Under the pieces are notes generated by a model that had not been told where the DNA came from, ran no database searches, and worked only from the letters and a program-made list of their open reading frames with translations. The position numbers and the translations under genes are program-made. Positions 24,390 through 32,000 of a stretch of 32,000 nucleotides of DNA are shown piece after piece. Source of the stretch: Acidothermus cellulolyticus 11B (lineage in GTDB: Bacteria > Actinomycetota > Actinomycetes > Acidothermales > Acidothermaceae); the NCBI RefSeq assembly GCF_000015025.1, contig NC_008578.1, forward strand, positions 1,470,001 to 1,502,000, given 5' to 3'. Each line of letters opens with the position of its first letter. The first letter of the stretch is position 1.

Positions 24390-26207
24390 TCACACTCTCC
24401 GCGCCGGTACCGGACGTTGCGCCCCACCCGCCGTCCCGGGCAGCCGGGTGATGCCGAGGTGCGCCGGGTCAAGACCAGAGAACCGGTGGCCGTTGCCGAA
24501 GAAATCGGTCCGGCTGAGCAACGTGACGAGCGGCTTGGTGAAGGCGAAGACGATGAAGAGGTCGACGATGGTGGAAAGGCCGAGGGTGAAGGCAAATCCG
24601 CGGACGTCGCCTACCGCCAGCCAGTACAAGATGATGGCCGCGATCAAGGAGACGAGGTCGGCCGAGACGATGGTCCGCCGGGCCTGCAACCATCCCTTCT
24701 CGACGGCGCTGCGCAGCGAATTACCCTCCCGAACCTCGTCGCGCAACCGTTCAAAGAACACAACGAACGAGTCGGCGGTCACCCCGACCGCGACGATGAG
24801 ACCGGCGATACCGGCGAGCGTCAGGGTGTAGCCGATGCCCTGACCGAGGAGGACGAGCAGCGGGTACTGGATCGCCGCAGAGAGAGCCAAGCTGCTGACG
24901 GTGACGAGCGACAAACCTCGGTAGTAAAAGATCGAATAAAGAATGACGAGCAGCAGTCCGAGCATGCCGGCGAGCAGCCCCGCGCGCAATTCGCTGTTCC
25001 CGAGGGTCGCGGACACCGTTTCCGCGCTCTGCTGCTCGAACCGAAGCGGCAGCGCGCCGTACTTGAGGACGTTGGCCAATTCGCTCGCGGTCTTATGGGT
25101 GAAATTGCCGCTGATCTGCGTCTTGCCGTTGGGAATCGCTTCTGCGATGTACTCCGCCGACATCACCAGACCGTCGAGCACGATGGCGGTGTCCTTGTTG
25201 ACGTTCGCCGCGGTAAATTTTGCCCACCGCGAGGCGGCACCGCTCTTCATCGTCAGCTGGACGGTCCATTGGGTTCCGGTCTGCGGGTCGAGCTGAGCGG
25301 AGGCGCTGGCGATTTCCTTGCCTTCAATCAGCGTTGGGTAAAGCAGGAACTTGTACCAGCCGCCGTCGACATTCCCGCAGGTGACAAGGAATTTCGCCGG
25401 ATCGTCGGTGATCCCGCCCTTCTGGTTCTCCGGCTTCGTGCAGTCCAGCGCCTGGTAGGCGGCGATCTCTTGCGGGGTCGGGGCGGTTTCGGCGTTCGGC
25501 ACCGCGTAGTACCCGGGATTCGCCGCCGGCGAGGGGCTCGGGGACGGAGCGGCTGGGGATGCGGTCGGCGCCGGCGATGGGCTGGCGGTCGCGGCGCTGC
25601 TCGCCGCGGACGCCGCCTGGCGGACGAAGCCGGCCAGCTGAATGCCCGGCGTCCGGCCAACGCCGAGCCCTGCGGAGCTCGCGGACGGCTTCGGGGTCGC
25701 TGGGGAAGCGGCACCGCTGGGCGACGGGCTTGGGCTCGGTGACGGGCTCGCAGAAGATGACGAGCTCGCCGCAGGCGGCGGTGACGCGCTCGGCGTTGCG
25801 CTCAGACCGGGCGCTGTGACGCCGGTCATCACCGGGTCGTTGGACGCGTAGACCTGCCGGATGCTGAGCAGCGCGGTCTCGCCAATCTTGTCAAGGACGC
25901 CCTGCTTGTCCTTGCCAGGCACCGAGATCACAATGTTGGTCCCCTCGGTGTGCACGTCGGCGTTGGCGACACCCAGACCGTTCACCCGGTTGCGCAGGAT
26001 GTTGACCGCGGTGTTCAGCTCAGACGAGGTGACCTTCTGGCCCGGGTTCGGTTTCGCCGCCAGGGTGACCGTCGTTCCGCCGCGGAGGTCCAACCCGAGT
26101 TGCGGACCGTAATGCCCGGTCGCGGCCATCCCGCCGTACAACGCGGCTAGCACCACCCCGGTCGTCAACAGGCCTCGACTGGGCCTTGATCTCCTCACCG
26201 GCGGCAC
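24390..26207 (-). CDS. secD: Protein translocase subunit SecD
   Basis: LGLDLRGGT, periplasmic P1 domain, and C-terminal 6-TM RND-like core (GIAGLIVAVGVTADSFVVFFERLRDE). It contains a S/P/A-rich insertion. GTG at 26207 is preceded by AAGGAAGGGGAGAA. Confidence 0.92.
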   Translation of the reverse strand: MPPVRRSRPSRGLLTTGVVLAALYGGMAATGHYGPQLGLDLRGGTTVTLAAKPNPGQKVTSSELNTAVNILRNRVNGLGVANADVHTEGTNIVISVPGKDKQGVLDKIGETALLSIRQVYASNDPVMTGVTAPGLSATPSASPPPAASSSSSASPSPSPSPSPSGAASPATPKPSASSAGLGVGRTPGIQLAGFVRQAASAASSAATASPSPAPTASPAAPSPSPSPAANPGYYAVPNAETAPTPQEIAAYQALDCTKPENQKGGITDDPAKFLVTCGNVDGGWYKFLLYPTLIEGKEIASASAQLDPQTGTQWTVQLTMKSGAASRWAKFTAANVNKDTAIVLDGLVMSAEYIAEAIPNGKTQISGNFTHKTASELANVLKYGALPLRFEQQSAETVSATLGNSELRAGLLAGMLGLLLVILYSIFYYRGLSLVTVSSLALSAAIQYPLLVLLGQGIGYTLTLAGIAGLIVAVGVTADSFVVFFERLRDEVREGNSLRSAVEKGWLQARRTIVSADLVSLIAAIILYWLAVGDVRGFAFTLGLSTIVDLFIVFAFTKPLVTLLSRTDFFGNGHRFSGLDPAHLGITRLPGTAGGAQRPVPARRV

Positions 26208-26321
26208 CCCGGTTCTCCCCTTCCTTTACGGCGCACGGATAGTGTCACGGCCCGGTGAGCCGCACGTCTCCCCTCCGAGGATGCAACGGGCGGCCCGTCT
26301 TCGACGTTCGCTGCGGGACCT

Positions 26322-26339
26322 CCGCGCGCAAGCGCGCGG
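26322..26339. terminator. Perfect 8-bp-arm GC palindrome in the 162-nt yajC-secD spacer
   Basis: ccgcgcgc-aa-gcgcgcgg. A second small hairpin acgggcggcccgt lies at 26286-26298. Neither has a U-tract. Confidence 0.3.
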
Positions 26340-26369
26340 GATCTCGCCCCGCAGTATGGCGGACGACGC

Positions 26370-26765
26370 TCAGCGGCCCGAGACCGCCCCCGACTCCGCG
26401 GCGGATCCGGCCCGCCCGTCCGGCGACGCCGCGTCATCCGGCGCCGTCCCGTCGTCCGCCGACGCCTCCGCGCCGCCGGCCGTGGCGTCGGTTGACGCAG
26501 CAGCCGTGCCTTCTTCGTCACCGACCACCCGCATGACCGCGGCCCTCAGCACGCGCACGGTCACGCCGTCGGCAATCTCGAGATCGATGGCGGTGTCGTC
26601 AAGCCCGACGATGGTGCCGAAAAATCCCGAGGTCGTCACGATCCGCGTGCCGGGCTGCAAGGAGCGTTGCAGCGCGGCGGCCTGCTTGCGCCGCCGATTC
26701 TGCGGAACGATCAGCAGCAGGTAGAACGCGGCGATGATGACAATGAGCAGGATGATTTGACCCAC
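26370..26765 (-). CDS. yajC: Preprotein translocase subunit YajC
   Basis: N-terminal TM IILLIVIIAAFYLLLIVPQNRRRK, then G.RIVTTSGFFGTIV...V.VRVLR.AV. Acidic/Ala-rich C-terminal tail. The GTG start is preceded by GGAAGGA. Confidence 0.85.
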   Translation of the reverse strand: MGQIILLIVIIAAFYLLLIVPQNRRRKQAAALQRSLQPGTRIVTTSGFFGTIVGLDDTAIDLEIADGVTVRVLRAAVMRVVGDEEGTAAASTDATAGGAEASADDGTAPDDAASPDGRAGSAAESGAVSGR

Positions 26766-26858
26766 TGGGGATTCCTTCCGAAACGACGATCCGCCGAGGC
26801 GTCCGCGACGGCGGGTGCCGGTCTTGATCGGCGGACGACGGAAACTCTCCGGCCGAGT

Positions 26859-27962
26859 TTACGCGGTCGGTTCGCCAGCGTCACGGTCGATCTCGAAGGC
26901 AAGCTGGGCCGCGCCCAGCGCCTCCGGCGGCGGGGTGATGCCGAGATGCCGCCACGCGGCGGCCGTGGCCATCCGGCCGCGCGGTGTGCGGATCAGGAAG
27001 CCGGCGCGGAAGAGGAAGGGTTCGGCGACCTCCTCGACTGTCTCCGGTTCTTCGCCGACGGCCACCGCGACCGTGCCGAGCCCGACCGGGCCGCCGCCGA
27101 ACCGCCGGACCAGCGCGTCGAGAACCGCTCGGTCCAGCCGGTCGAGTCCGTGTTCGTCGACCTCATAGACGGCCAACGCCGCCTGCGCAACCTCGCAGGT
27201 GATCACGCCGTCGGCCCGCACCTCGGCATAGTCCCGGACCCGTCGCAGCAGGCGGTTGGCGATCCGTGGAGTGCCCCGGGACCGCCGCGCAATTTCCGCC
27301 GCGCCGTCGGGCGTGATGCGTACGTCGAGCAGCCGGGCGGACCGGTGCACGATCCGTTCGAGGTCGGCCGGCTCGTAGAAGTCCAGGCGTGCGGTGAAGC
27401 CGAACCGGTCCCGCAGCGGTCCGGGGAGCAGGCCGGTCCGGGTGGTCGCGCCGATGAGGGTGAACGGCGCCAGTTCGAGGGGGATCACCGAGGCGCCCGG
27501 CCCCTTGCCGACGACGACGTCGACCCGGAAGTCCTCCATCGCCAGGTAGAGCATTTCCTCCGCAGGCCGGGCCATCCGGTGAATTTCGTCGAGGAAGAGC
27601 ACCTCGCCCTCGCTGAGCTGGGTGAGGACGGCGGCGAGGTCACCGGCGTGCTGGATCGCCGGCCCGCTCGTCACCCGGATCGGCGTGTTCAACTCCGCCG
27701 CGACGATCATTGCCAGGGTTGTCTTGCCGAGTCCCGGAGGTCCGGAGAGGAGGATGTGGTCCGGCGGCCGGCCGCGCTGCTTAGCGCCGTCGAGGATCAA
27801 AGAGAGTTGGTCGCGGACACGCTGCTGGCCGACGAATTCGTCGAGCCGGCGGGGGCGAAGCGCCGCCTCGACCGCATGCTCATCACTCTCGGCGTGGGCG
27901 TCGATGAGGAGCCGTCCGAGGTCGACGGCCGGCGGTCGGTCGGTGAGGGGCTCGTCGGTCAT
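26859..27962 (-). CDS. ruvB: Holliday junction branch migration DNA helicase RuvB
   Basis: [12 protein letters not shown], Walker [12 protein letters not shown], Walker [39 protein letters not shown]. The ATG at 27962 overlaps the ruvA stop (ATGA). The track ORF to 28622 is an over-extension. Confidence 0.95.
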   Translation of the reverse strand: MTDEPLTDRPPAVDLGRLLIDAHAESDEHAVEAALRPRRLDEFVGQQRVRDQLSLILDGAKQRGRPPDHILLSGPPGLGKTTLAMIVAAELNTPIRVTSGPAIQHAGDLAAVLTQLSEGEVLFLDEIHRMARPAEEMLYLAMEDFRVDVVVGKGPGASVIPLELAPFTLIGATTRTGLLPGPLRDRFGFTARLDFYEPADLERIVHRSARLLDVRITPDGAAEIARRSRGTPRIANRLLRRVRDYAEVRADGVITCEVAQAALAVYEVDEHGLDRLDRAVLDALVRRFGGGPVGLGTVAVAVGEEPETVEEVAEPFLFRAGFLIRTPRGRMATAAAWRHLGITPPPEALGAAQLAFEIDRDAGEPTA

Positions 27963-28549
27963 GGCCGTTTCAACGTAGCGAGGGCAAGGCGGAGGGCGGT
28001 GGCGGTATCCACCGCGGCGGAGTCGTCCAGCTCGCCGGCGATCGCGGCGATCGCCTCGTCGGCCTGCCGGGCGGTGTAGCCGAGGTTGAGCAGCCCGGCG
28101 TGGACGGCGTCCCGCCAACCGGACGTCGACTCGGCCGCGGCGGTCGACGGGGTGCCGAGCCGGTCTTTGAGTTCGAGGATGATGCGCTGCGCGGTCTTCC
28201 GGCCGATGCCAGGGACGAGGGCAAGTGCCTTGACATCCTCGGTCGCGACCGCGGCGCGCAGCGCCGTCGGGGAGTGAACGCCGAGCATGGCCAGGGCGAG
28301 CCGCGGTCCGACCCCGCTGGCGGTCTGCAGCAGTTCGAAGACGGTGCGCTCGTCGTCGTCCGCAAAGCCGTACAGGGTGAGCGAGTCCTCCCGGACGACG
28401 AGCGAGGTGGCGAACCGCGCCCGCTCTCCGACCCGGGCGCGGGCGATAGTCGCCGGGGTGGCGAGCAATTGGACGCCGAAACCGCCGACCTCGACGATCA
28501 CCGAATCGGGTGTGACCGCGGCGACCCGGCCCGACACAAAAGAGATCAC
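27959..28549 (-). CDS. ruvA: Holliday junction branch migration complex subunit RuvA
   Basis: VISFVSGRV...[30 protein letters not shown] and LVPGIGKKTA-like [20 protein letters not shown] (HhH motifs). The GTG at 28549 overlaps the ruvC stop (GTGA). Confidence 0.9.
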
Positions 28550-29082
28550 CGAGCGCCTCCCGCGGCGAGCCGAGCCATCGCCGCACCCCGCCAGAGCTGG
28601 CAGATCGCCAGGGCGAGGGCATCGGTGGCGTCCGCGGGTGCGGCGAGGCCCGGGGCGCGGAGCAGCCGTCGGACCATGAAGGCGACCTGGTCCTTGCCGG
28701 CTCGGCCCTGTCCGGTGACCGCCGCCTTCACCTCGCTCGGGGTGTGCCAGACCACCGGGACGCCGCGGCGGGCCGCGACGAGGAGCGCCACGGCACCGGC
28801 TTGCGCGGTGCCCATCACGGTCCGGACATTGTGCTGGCTGAACACCCGCTCCACCGCGACGACATCGGGCGCGGCGCGGTCCAGCCACTGGACCAGTCCG
28901 TCCTCCAGCGCGGCCAGCCGGTCGCCCAGTTCAGCGTCGGCCGGGGTGTGGAGCACGTCGACGCCGACAAGCCGAGCCAGACCGGGGTATCCGTCGACGA
29001 CGCCGATGCCGCAGCGGGTCAGCCCAGGGTCAACGCCCATCACCCGGCGGATCGAACGCATGTTCGGAAGATTAGCCGCCAC
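28546..29082 (-). CDS. ruvC: Crossover junction endodeoxyribonuclease RuvC
   Basis: [46 protein letters not shown], and [12 protein letters not shown]. The start is ambiguous, with in-frame candidates at 29082 (GTG), 29061 (ATG), 29043 (GTG) and 29040 (ATG). Confidence 0.88.
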
Positions 29083-29187
29083 GGCGGTGGTTTCCCGGGC
29101 GCCACGCCGGGATTCTGCGCATCGCGGGAGCGCGCGGATGCCCGGTTCCGGGCGGCGGGTGTATCAGCCACCCGGCTCCGGGCCGGC

Positions 29188-29254
29188 GACCAGCGGGCCT
29201 CAGACCTCGGCGAGCACGGCGACCAGCGGCGCCTCAGACCTCGGCGAGCACGGC
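29188..29254. repeat. 33/34-bp direct tandem duplication spanning the yebC stop codon and 3' flank
   Basis: gaccagcgggcctcagacctcggcgagcacggc (29188-29220) is followed directly by gaccagcggcgcctcagacctcggcgagcacggc (29221-29254). The two copies differ by a 1-nt indel. Confidence 0.9.
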
Positions 29255-29980
29255 GTCGGAAATGTCGAAGTTGGCCCAGACCGCCTGCACGTCGTCGCAG
29301 TCTTCCAACGCTTCGATGAGCCGGAGCACCTTGCGGGCGGTGTCGTCATCGAGCGGCACGTTCACCGTCGGCTGCCACGCGACGTCCGCTGATTCGTAGC
29401 GGATTCCGGCGGCCGAGAGCGCGTCCCGCACCCGGGTGAGATCGCCGGGTTCGCTCACGACCTCGAAGGACTCGCCGAGGTCGTTCACCTCCTCCGCCCC
29501 GGCGTCGAGAACCGCCGCCAGGACGTCGTCCTCGCTGCGACCCTCCTTCGGGACGATAACGATCCCTTTCCGGTTGAACAGGTAGGCCACGGATCCGGGG
29601 TCGGCCATGCTCCCGCCGTTGCGGGTCATCGTCGTGCGCACTTCGGACGCCGCCCGGTTGCGGTTGTCGGTGAGGCATTCGATGAGCAGGGCGACGCCGC
29701 CCGGGCCGTACCCTTCGTAGATGATCGGCTCCCAGTCGGTGCCGCCGGCTTCGAGACCGGCGCCCCGGCGGATCGCGCGTTCGATGTTGTCATTCGGCAC
29801 CGATTGATCTCTGGCCTTGGCGATGGCGTCGGCCAGTGTTGGGTTGCCGTTGGGATCGGGTCCGCCGACCCGTGCCGCCACCTCAATATTCTTGATCAAT
29901 TTGGCGAAGAGCTTGCCCCGCCTGGCGTCGATGACCGCCTTCTTGTGCTTGGTGGTGGCCCATTTCGAGTGCCCGCTCAT
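29234..29980 (-). CDS. yebC: YebC/PmpR family DNA-binding transcriptional regulator
   Basis: [37 protein letters not shown] is the canonical family N-terminus. The ATG is preceded by GGAAGGGGA. Confidence 0.92.
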   Translation of the reverse strand: MSGHSKWATTKHKKAVIDARRGKLFAKLIKNIEVAARVGGPDPNGNPTLADAIAKARDQSVPNDNIERAIRRGAGLEAGGTDWEPIIYEGYGPGGVALLIECLTDNRNRAASEVRTTMTRNGGSMADPGSVAYLFNRKGIVIVPKEGRSEDDVLAAVLDAGAEEVNDLGESFEVVSEPGDLTRVRDALSAAGIRYESADVAWQPTVNVPLDDDTARKVLRLIEALEDCDDVQAVWANFDISDAVLAEV

Positions 29981-30031
29981 CGCCTGTCCCCTTCCTCTCC
30001 GCCCGGCAGCGGGGCGCCCTGTCGTGCCCGA

Positions 30032-30670
30032 TCACACCCGAGCCTGCGCAGCGACCATCGCGACGAAGAAGGCGTGCAACCGCCGATCAGCAGTGAGCTC
30101 CGGGTGGAAGGCGGTGGCCAGCACAGCGCCTTGCCGGACGGCGACGATCCTACCCGCGTGCCGGCCGGACGGCACACGCCCGAGGACCTCGACGTCCGGG
30201 CCGGTCTCCTCCACCCAGGGCGCCCGGATGAAGACAGCGCGCAGCGGGCCGCCGTCCAGACCGGTCAGCGGGATGTCGGCTTCGAAGGAGTCGACTTGGC
30301 GGCCGAAGGCGTTGCGTCGCACGGTGATGTCCAGGACCCCGAGGGTCTCCTGGCCGGGAGCGGCGTCGACAACCCGCGCCGCAAGCATGATCATCCCTGC
30401 GCAGGAGCCGAAAGCCGGCATCCCTGCCGCCAGCCGGGCTCGCAGCGGTTCCCAGAGGCCGAACGCCCGCGCGAGTTTGTCCATCGTGGTGGATTCGCCG
30501 CCTGGGATGACGAGGGCGTCGACCGTCGCGAGCTCGTCGGCACGCCGCACCGGCACGGCGTCCGCTCCGGCGTCGCCGAGTGCGGCGAGGTGTTCGCGGA
30601 CGTCGCCCTGCAAAGCGAGAACGCCGACCCGAGGCCGGTTCGATGGGATGGTCACGGCCGGTCCGGTCAC
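30032..30670 (-). CDS. pdxT: Pyridoxal 5'-phosphate synthase glutaminase subunit PdxT
   Basis: [24 protein letters not shown], catalytic GSCAGMIML, and TAFHPELT. Start is either GTG 30670 (GTGA overlap with the pdxS stop) or GTG 30655. The track ORF to 31198 is an over-extension. Confidence 0.9.
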   Translation of the reverse strand: MTGPAVTIPSNRPRVGVLALQGDVREHLAALGDAGADAVPVRRADELATVDALVIPGGESTTMDKLARAFGLWEPLRARLAAGMPAFGSCAGMIMLAARVVDAAPGQETLGVLDITVRRNAFGRQVDSFEADIPLTGLDGGPLRAVFIRAPWVEETGPDVEVLGRVPSGRHAGRIVAVRQGAVLATAFHPELTADRRLHAFFVAMVAAQARV

Positions 30671-31635
30671 CACCCGCGGCCGGCGAGGCGGCGCTCGGCA
30701 GGCAGGCTCTCGGCGGAAATCCCGACCATCGGTTCGCCGAGGCCGCGGGAGACCTTGGCGAGGACGTCGGGGTCGTCGTAGAACGTGGTCGCTTTGACGA
30801 TGGCCGCGGCGCGCTTGGCGGGATCGCCGGATTTGAAGATGCCGGAGCCGACGAAGACGCCGTCCGCGCCGAGCTGCATCATCAGCGCCGCATCCGCGGG
30901 CGTGGCGATTCCGCCGGCGGTGAACAGGACGACGGGGAGCCGGCCGGTGCGGGCGACTTCGCGGACCAGCTCGTACGGGGCCTGCAGTTCCTTGGCGGCG
31001 GCGTACAGTTCGTCGTCCGGCAGGCTGGTGAGCCGACGAATCTCGTCGCGGATCGCCCGCATGTGGGTGACCGCGTTGGAGACGTCCCCGGTGCCTGCCT
31101 CGCCCTTGGAGCGGATCATCGCTGCGCCTTCGGTAATCCGGCGGAGGGCTTCGCCGAGGTTGGTGGCGCCGCAGACGAACGGCACGGTGAACTGCCACTT
31201 GTCGATGTGGTGGGTGTAGTCGGCGGGGGTGAGCACCTCGGATTCGTCGATGTAGTCGACGCCGAGAGCCTGCAGGATCTGGGCTTCGACGAAGTGGCCG
31301 ATCCGGACCTTGGCCATCACGGGGATCGACACCGCGTTCATGATCTGCTCGATGAGTTCGGGGTCGCTCATCCGGGCGACGCCGCCCTGGGCGCGGATGT
31401 CCGCCGGCACGCGCTCGAGGGCCATCACCGCGACCGCGCCGGCGTCCTCGGCAATCTTCGCCTGCTCCGGCGTGACCACATCCATGATCACACCGCCCTT
31501 GAGCATCTCCGCCATTCCCCGCTTGACCCGGACCGTGCCGACCTGCGGTTGGGCCTCCGCCCCGGCCGATGCACCGCGCGGGGTGTCGCCGATGCGGTAG
31601 CGGAGTTCGGGGTCTTGCGACGTCGTCTGAGGCAC
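30667..31635 (-). CDS. pdxS: Pyridoxal 5'-phosphate synthase lyase subunit PdxS
   Basis: [51 protein letters not shown], and GEAGTG. GTG at 31635 is preceded by AAAGGAGA with a 5-nt spacer, which I prefer over the track start at 31671. Confidence 0.93.
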   Translation of the reverse strand: MPQTTSQDPELRYRIGDTPRGASAGAEAQPQVGTVRVKRGMAEMLKGGVIMDVVTPEQAKIAEDAGAVAVMALERVPADIRAQGGVARMSDPELIEQIMNAVSIPVMAKVRIGHFVEAQILQALGVDYIDESEVLTPADYTHHIDKWQFTVPFVCGATNLGEALRRITEGAAMIRSKGEAGTGDVSNAVTHMRAIRDEIRRLTSLPDDELYAAAKELQAPYELVREVARTGRLPVVLFTAGGIATPADAALMMQLGADGVFVGSGIFKSGDPAKRAAAIVKATTFYDDPDVLAKVSRGLGEPMVGISAESLPAERRLAGRGW

Positions 31636-31795
31636 GGAAATCTCCTTTGCCGCCGAATTCGGTTTGATCACTGCGGGCGCAGGTAGCGCCGTGGATGGCG
31701 GTCTTGCCTTGAGTCTAGGGCGGTCCGATGGACAGGTATGGAGGTGTTGCGAGCGGCGACCTCGGTCACGTGTGTGCCGCCCTCAGTTCTGAATC

Positions 31796-31824
31796 TTGAC
31801 ACGGGATCACGGCGAGGTTACCCT
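31796..31824 (+). promoter_or_regulatory. Candidate housekeeping-sigma promoter for the downstream plus-strand gene
   Basis: TTGACA (31796-31801), 17-nt spacer, TACCCT (31819-31824, fits TAnnnT). It lies ~45 nt upstream of the GTG at 31868. It is flanked and overlapped by GATC-containing inverted repeats. Confidence 0.35.
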
Positions 31825-31867
31825 CTGTGATCGTTCGTGAAGATCAACCACAAGGAGGGTGCGCGTC

Positions 31868-32000
31868 GTGTCAATCTGGCGGCGCATGAGTTACAGCGGC
31901 TTCGCTCTCCTTGTGTGCGCGGGAACAATTTTCGCGAGCGGGGTACCCGCGCACGCCGACGGCTCTCCCGGACTGGTGAATGGAACGGAGAGCATGAATA
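31868..32000 (+). CDS. Secreted hypothetical protein, N-terminal 44 codons (runs off the right edge)
   Basis: The GTG at 31868 is preceded by AAGGAGG (31852-31858). It reads VSIWRRMSYSGFALLVCAGTIFASGVPAHA/DGSPGLVNGTESMN, with a basic n-region, hydrophobic core and an A-H-A cleavage-type site. It is not in the ORF track because it is truncated. Confidence 0.45.
   Translation, partial: MSIWRRMSYSGFALLVCAGTIFASGVPAHADGSPGLVNGTESMN

Noticed and set aside
23650-25742. Plus-strand ORFs 23650-24831 and 24417-25742, antisense to secF/secD
   Set aside because: They lie antisense to clearly identified membrane translocase genes. Their highly charged Arg/Asp/Gly-rich translations are inconsistent with real proteins.
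25512-25835. ~108-aa Ser/Pro/Ala-rich insertion in the SecD periplasmic domain
   Set aside because: It is striking in the sequence, but similar Pro/Ala-rich low-complexity insertions are common in actinobacterial SecD proteins as far as I recall. I do not treat it as novel.
27963-28888. 5' extensions of the ruvB (to 28622) and ruvA (to 28888) ORFs
   Set aside because: The extensions run through the upstream ruvA/ruvC coding regions in other frames and are Arg-rich. The conserved N-termini of RuvB and RuvA begin at the ATGA (27959-27962) and GTGA (28546-28549) overlaps.
30671-31198. 5' extension of the pdxT ORF (track ORF 30032-31198, 388 aa)
   Set aside because: It overlaps pdxS out of frame and is Arg-rich. 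The PdxT homology starts at ...[12 protein letters not shown], just after the pdxS stop.
31720-31791. 23-codon ORF (ATG GAC AGG TAT ...) in the pdxS upstream spacer
   Set aside because: It has no SD and is very short. Its stop overlaps the predicted -35 box, and its composition is not coding-like.
1-32000. Scan for CRISPR arrays, tRNA/rRNA genes, IS elements or terminal inverted repeats, integrases, and toxin-antitoxin or other defence genes
   Set aside because: I saw no regularly spaced direct repeats with unique spacers and no cloverleaf-like or rRNA-like stretches. I recognised no transposase, integrase or defence-gene motifs in any plausible frame. The only repeats are the short in-frame or flank duplications listed above.

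Overview
High-GC (roughly 70%) actinobacterial chromosomal segment, with 28 of about 31 genes on the minus strand. Most of it (7.5-31.7 kb) is the conserved actinobacterial housekeeping block: pdxS-pdxT, yebC, ruvC-ruvA-ruvB, yajC-secD-secF, apt, relA, a divergent membrane-anchored FKBP isomerase, then a very tightly packed string MBL hydrolase-hisS-aspS-rarA-DUF948-small protein-alaS-ruvX-mltG-aroE. Many of its junctions are 4-nt GTGA/ATGA stop/start overlaps. The left 7.5 kb is the only accessory-looking part. It holds a type IV pilus motor operon (pilB-pilT-pilC, with pilC running off the left edge). Directly upstream, on the same strand, are three signalling genes: a Roadblock/LC7 (MglB/CvnB-like) protein, a DUF4388/PATAN-domain protein with a DUF742-like winged-helix segment, and a small MglA/CvnD-type GTPase. 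A divergent 8-TM membrane protein gene lies next to them. I read this as a kinase-less, conservon-like G-protein switch attached to the pilus ATPases, and it is the main candidate for an undescribed system. Other observations are several in-frame tandem duplications (18 bp x5 in the MBL gene, 24 bp x2 in rarA, 18 bp x2 in relA, 33/34 bp x2 across the yebC stop), a degenerate MshEN-like motif pair in PilB, and a long N-terminal extension on PilT. I found no rRNA, tRNA, CRISPR array or mobile element. The many long antisense or off-frame ORFs in the track are high-GC artefacts. All family assignments rest on motif reading by eye, not on searches.
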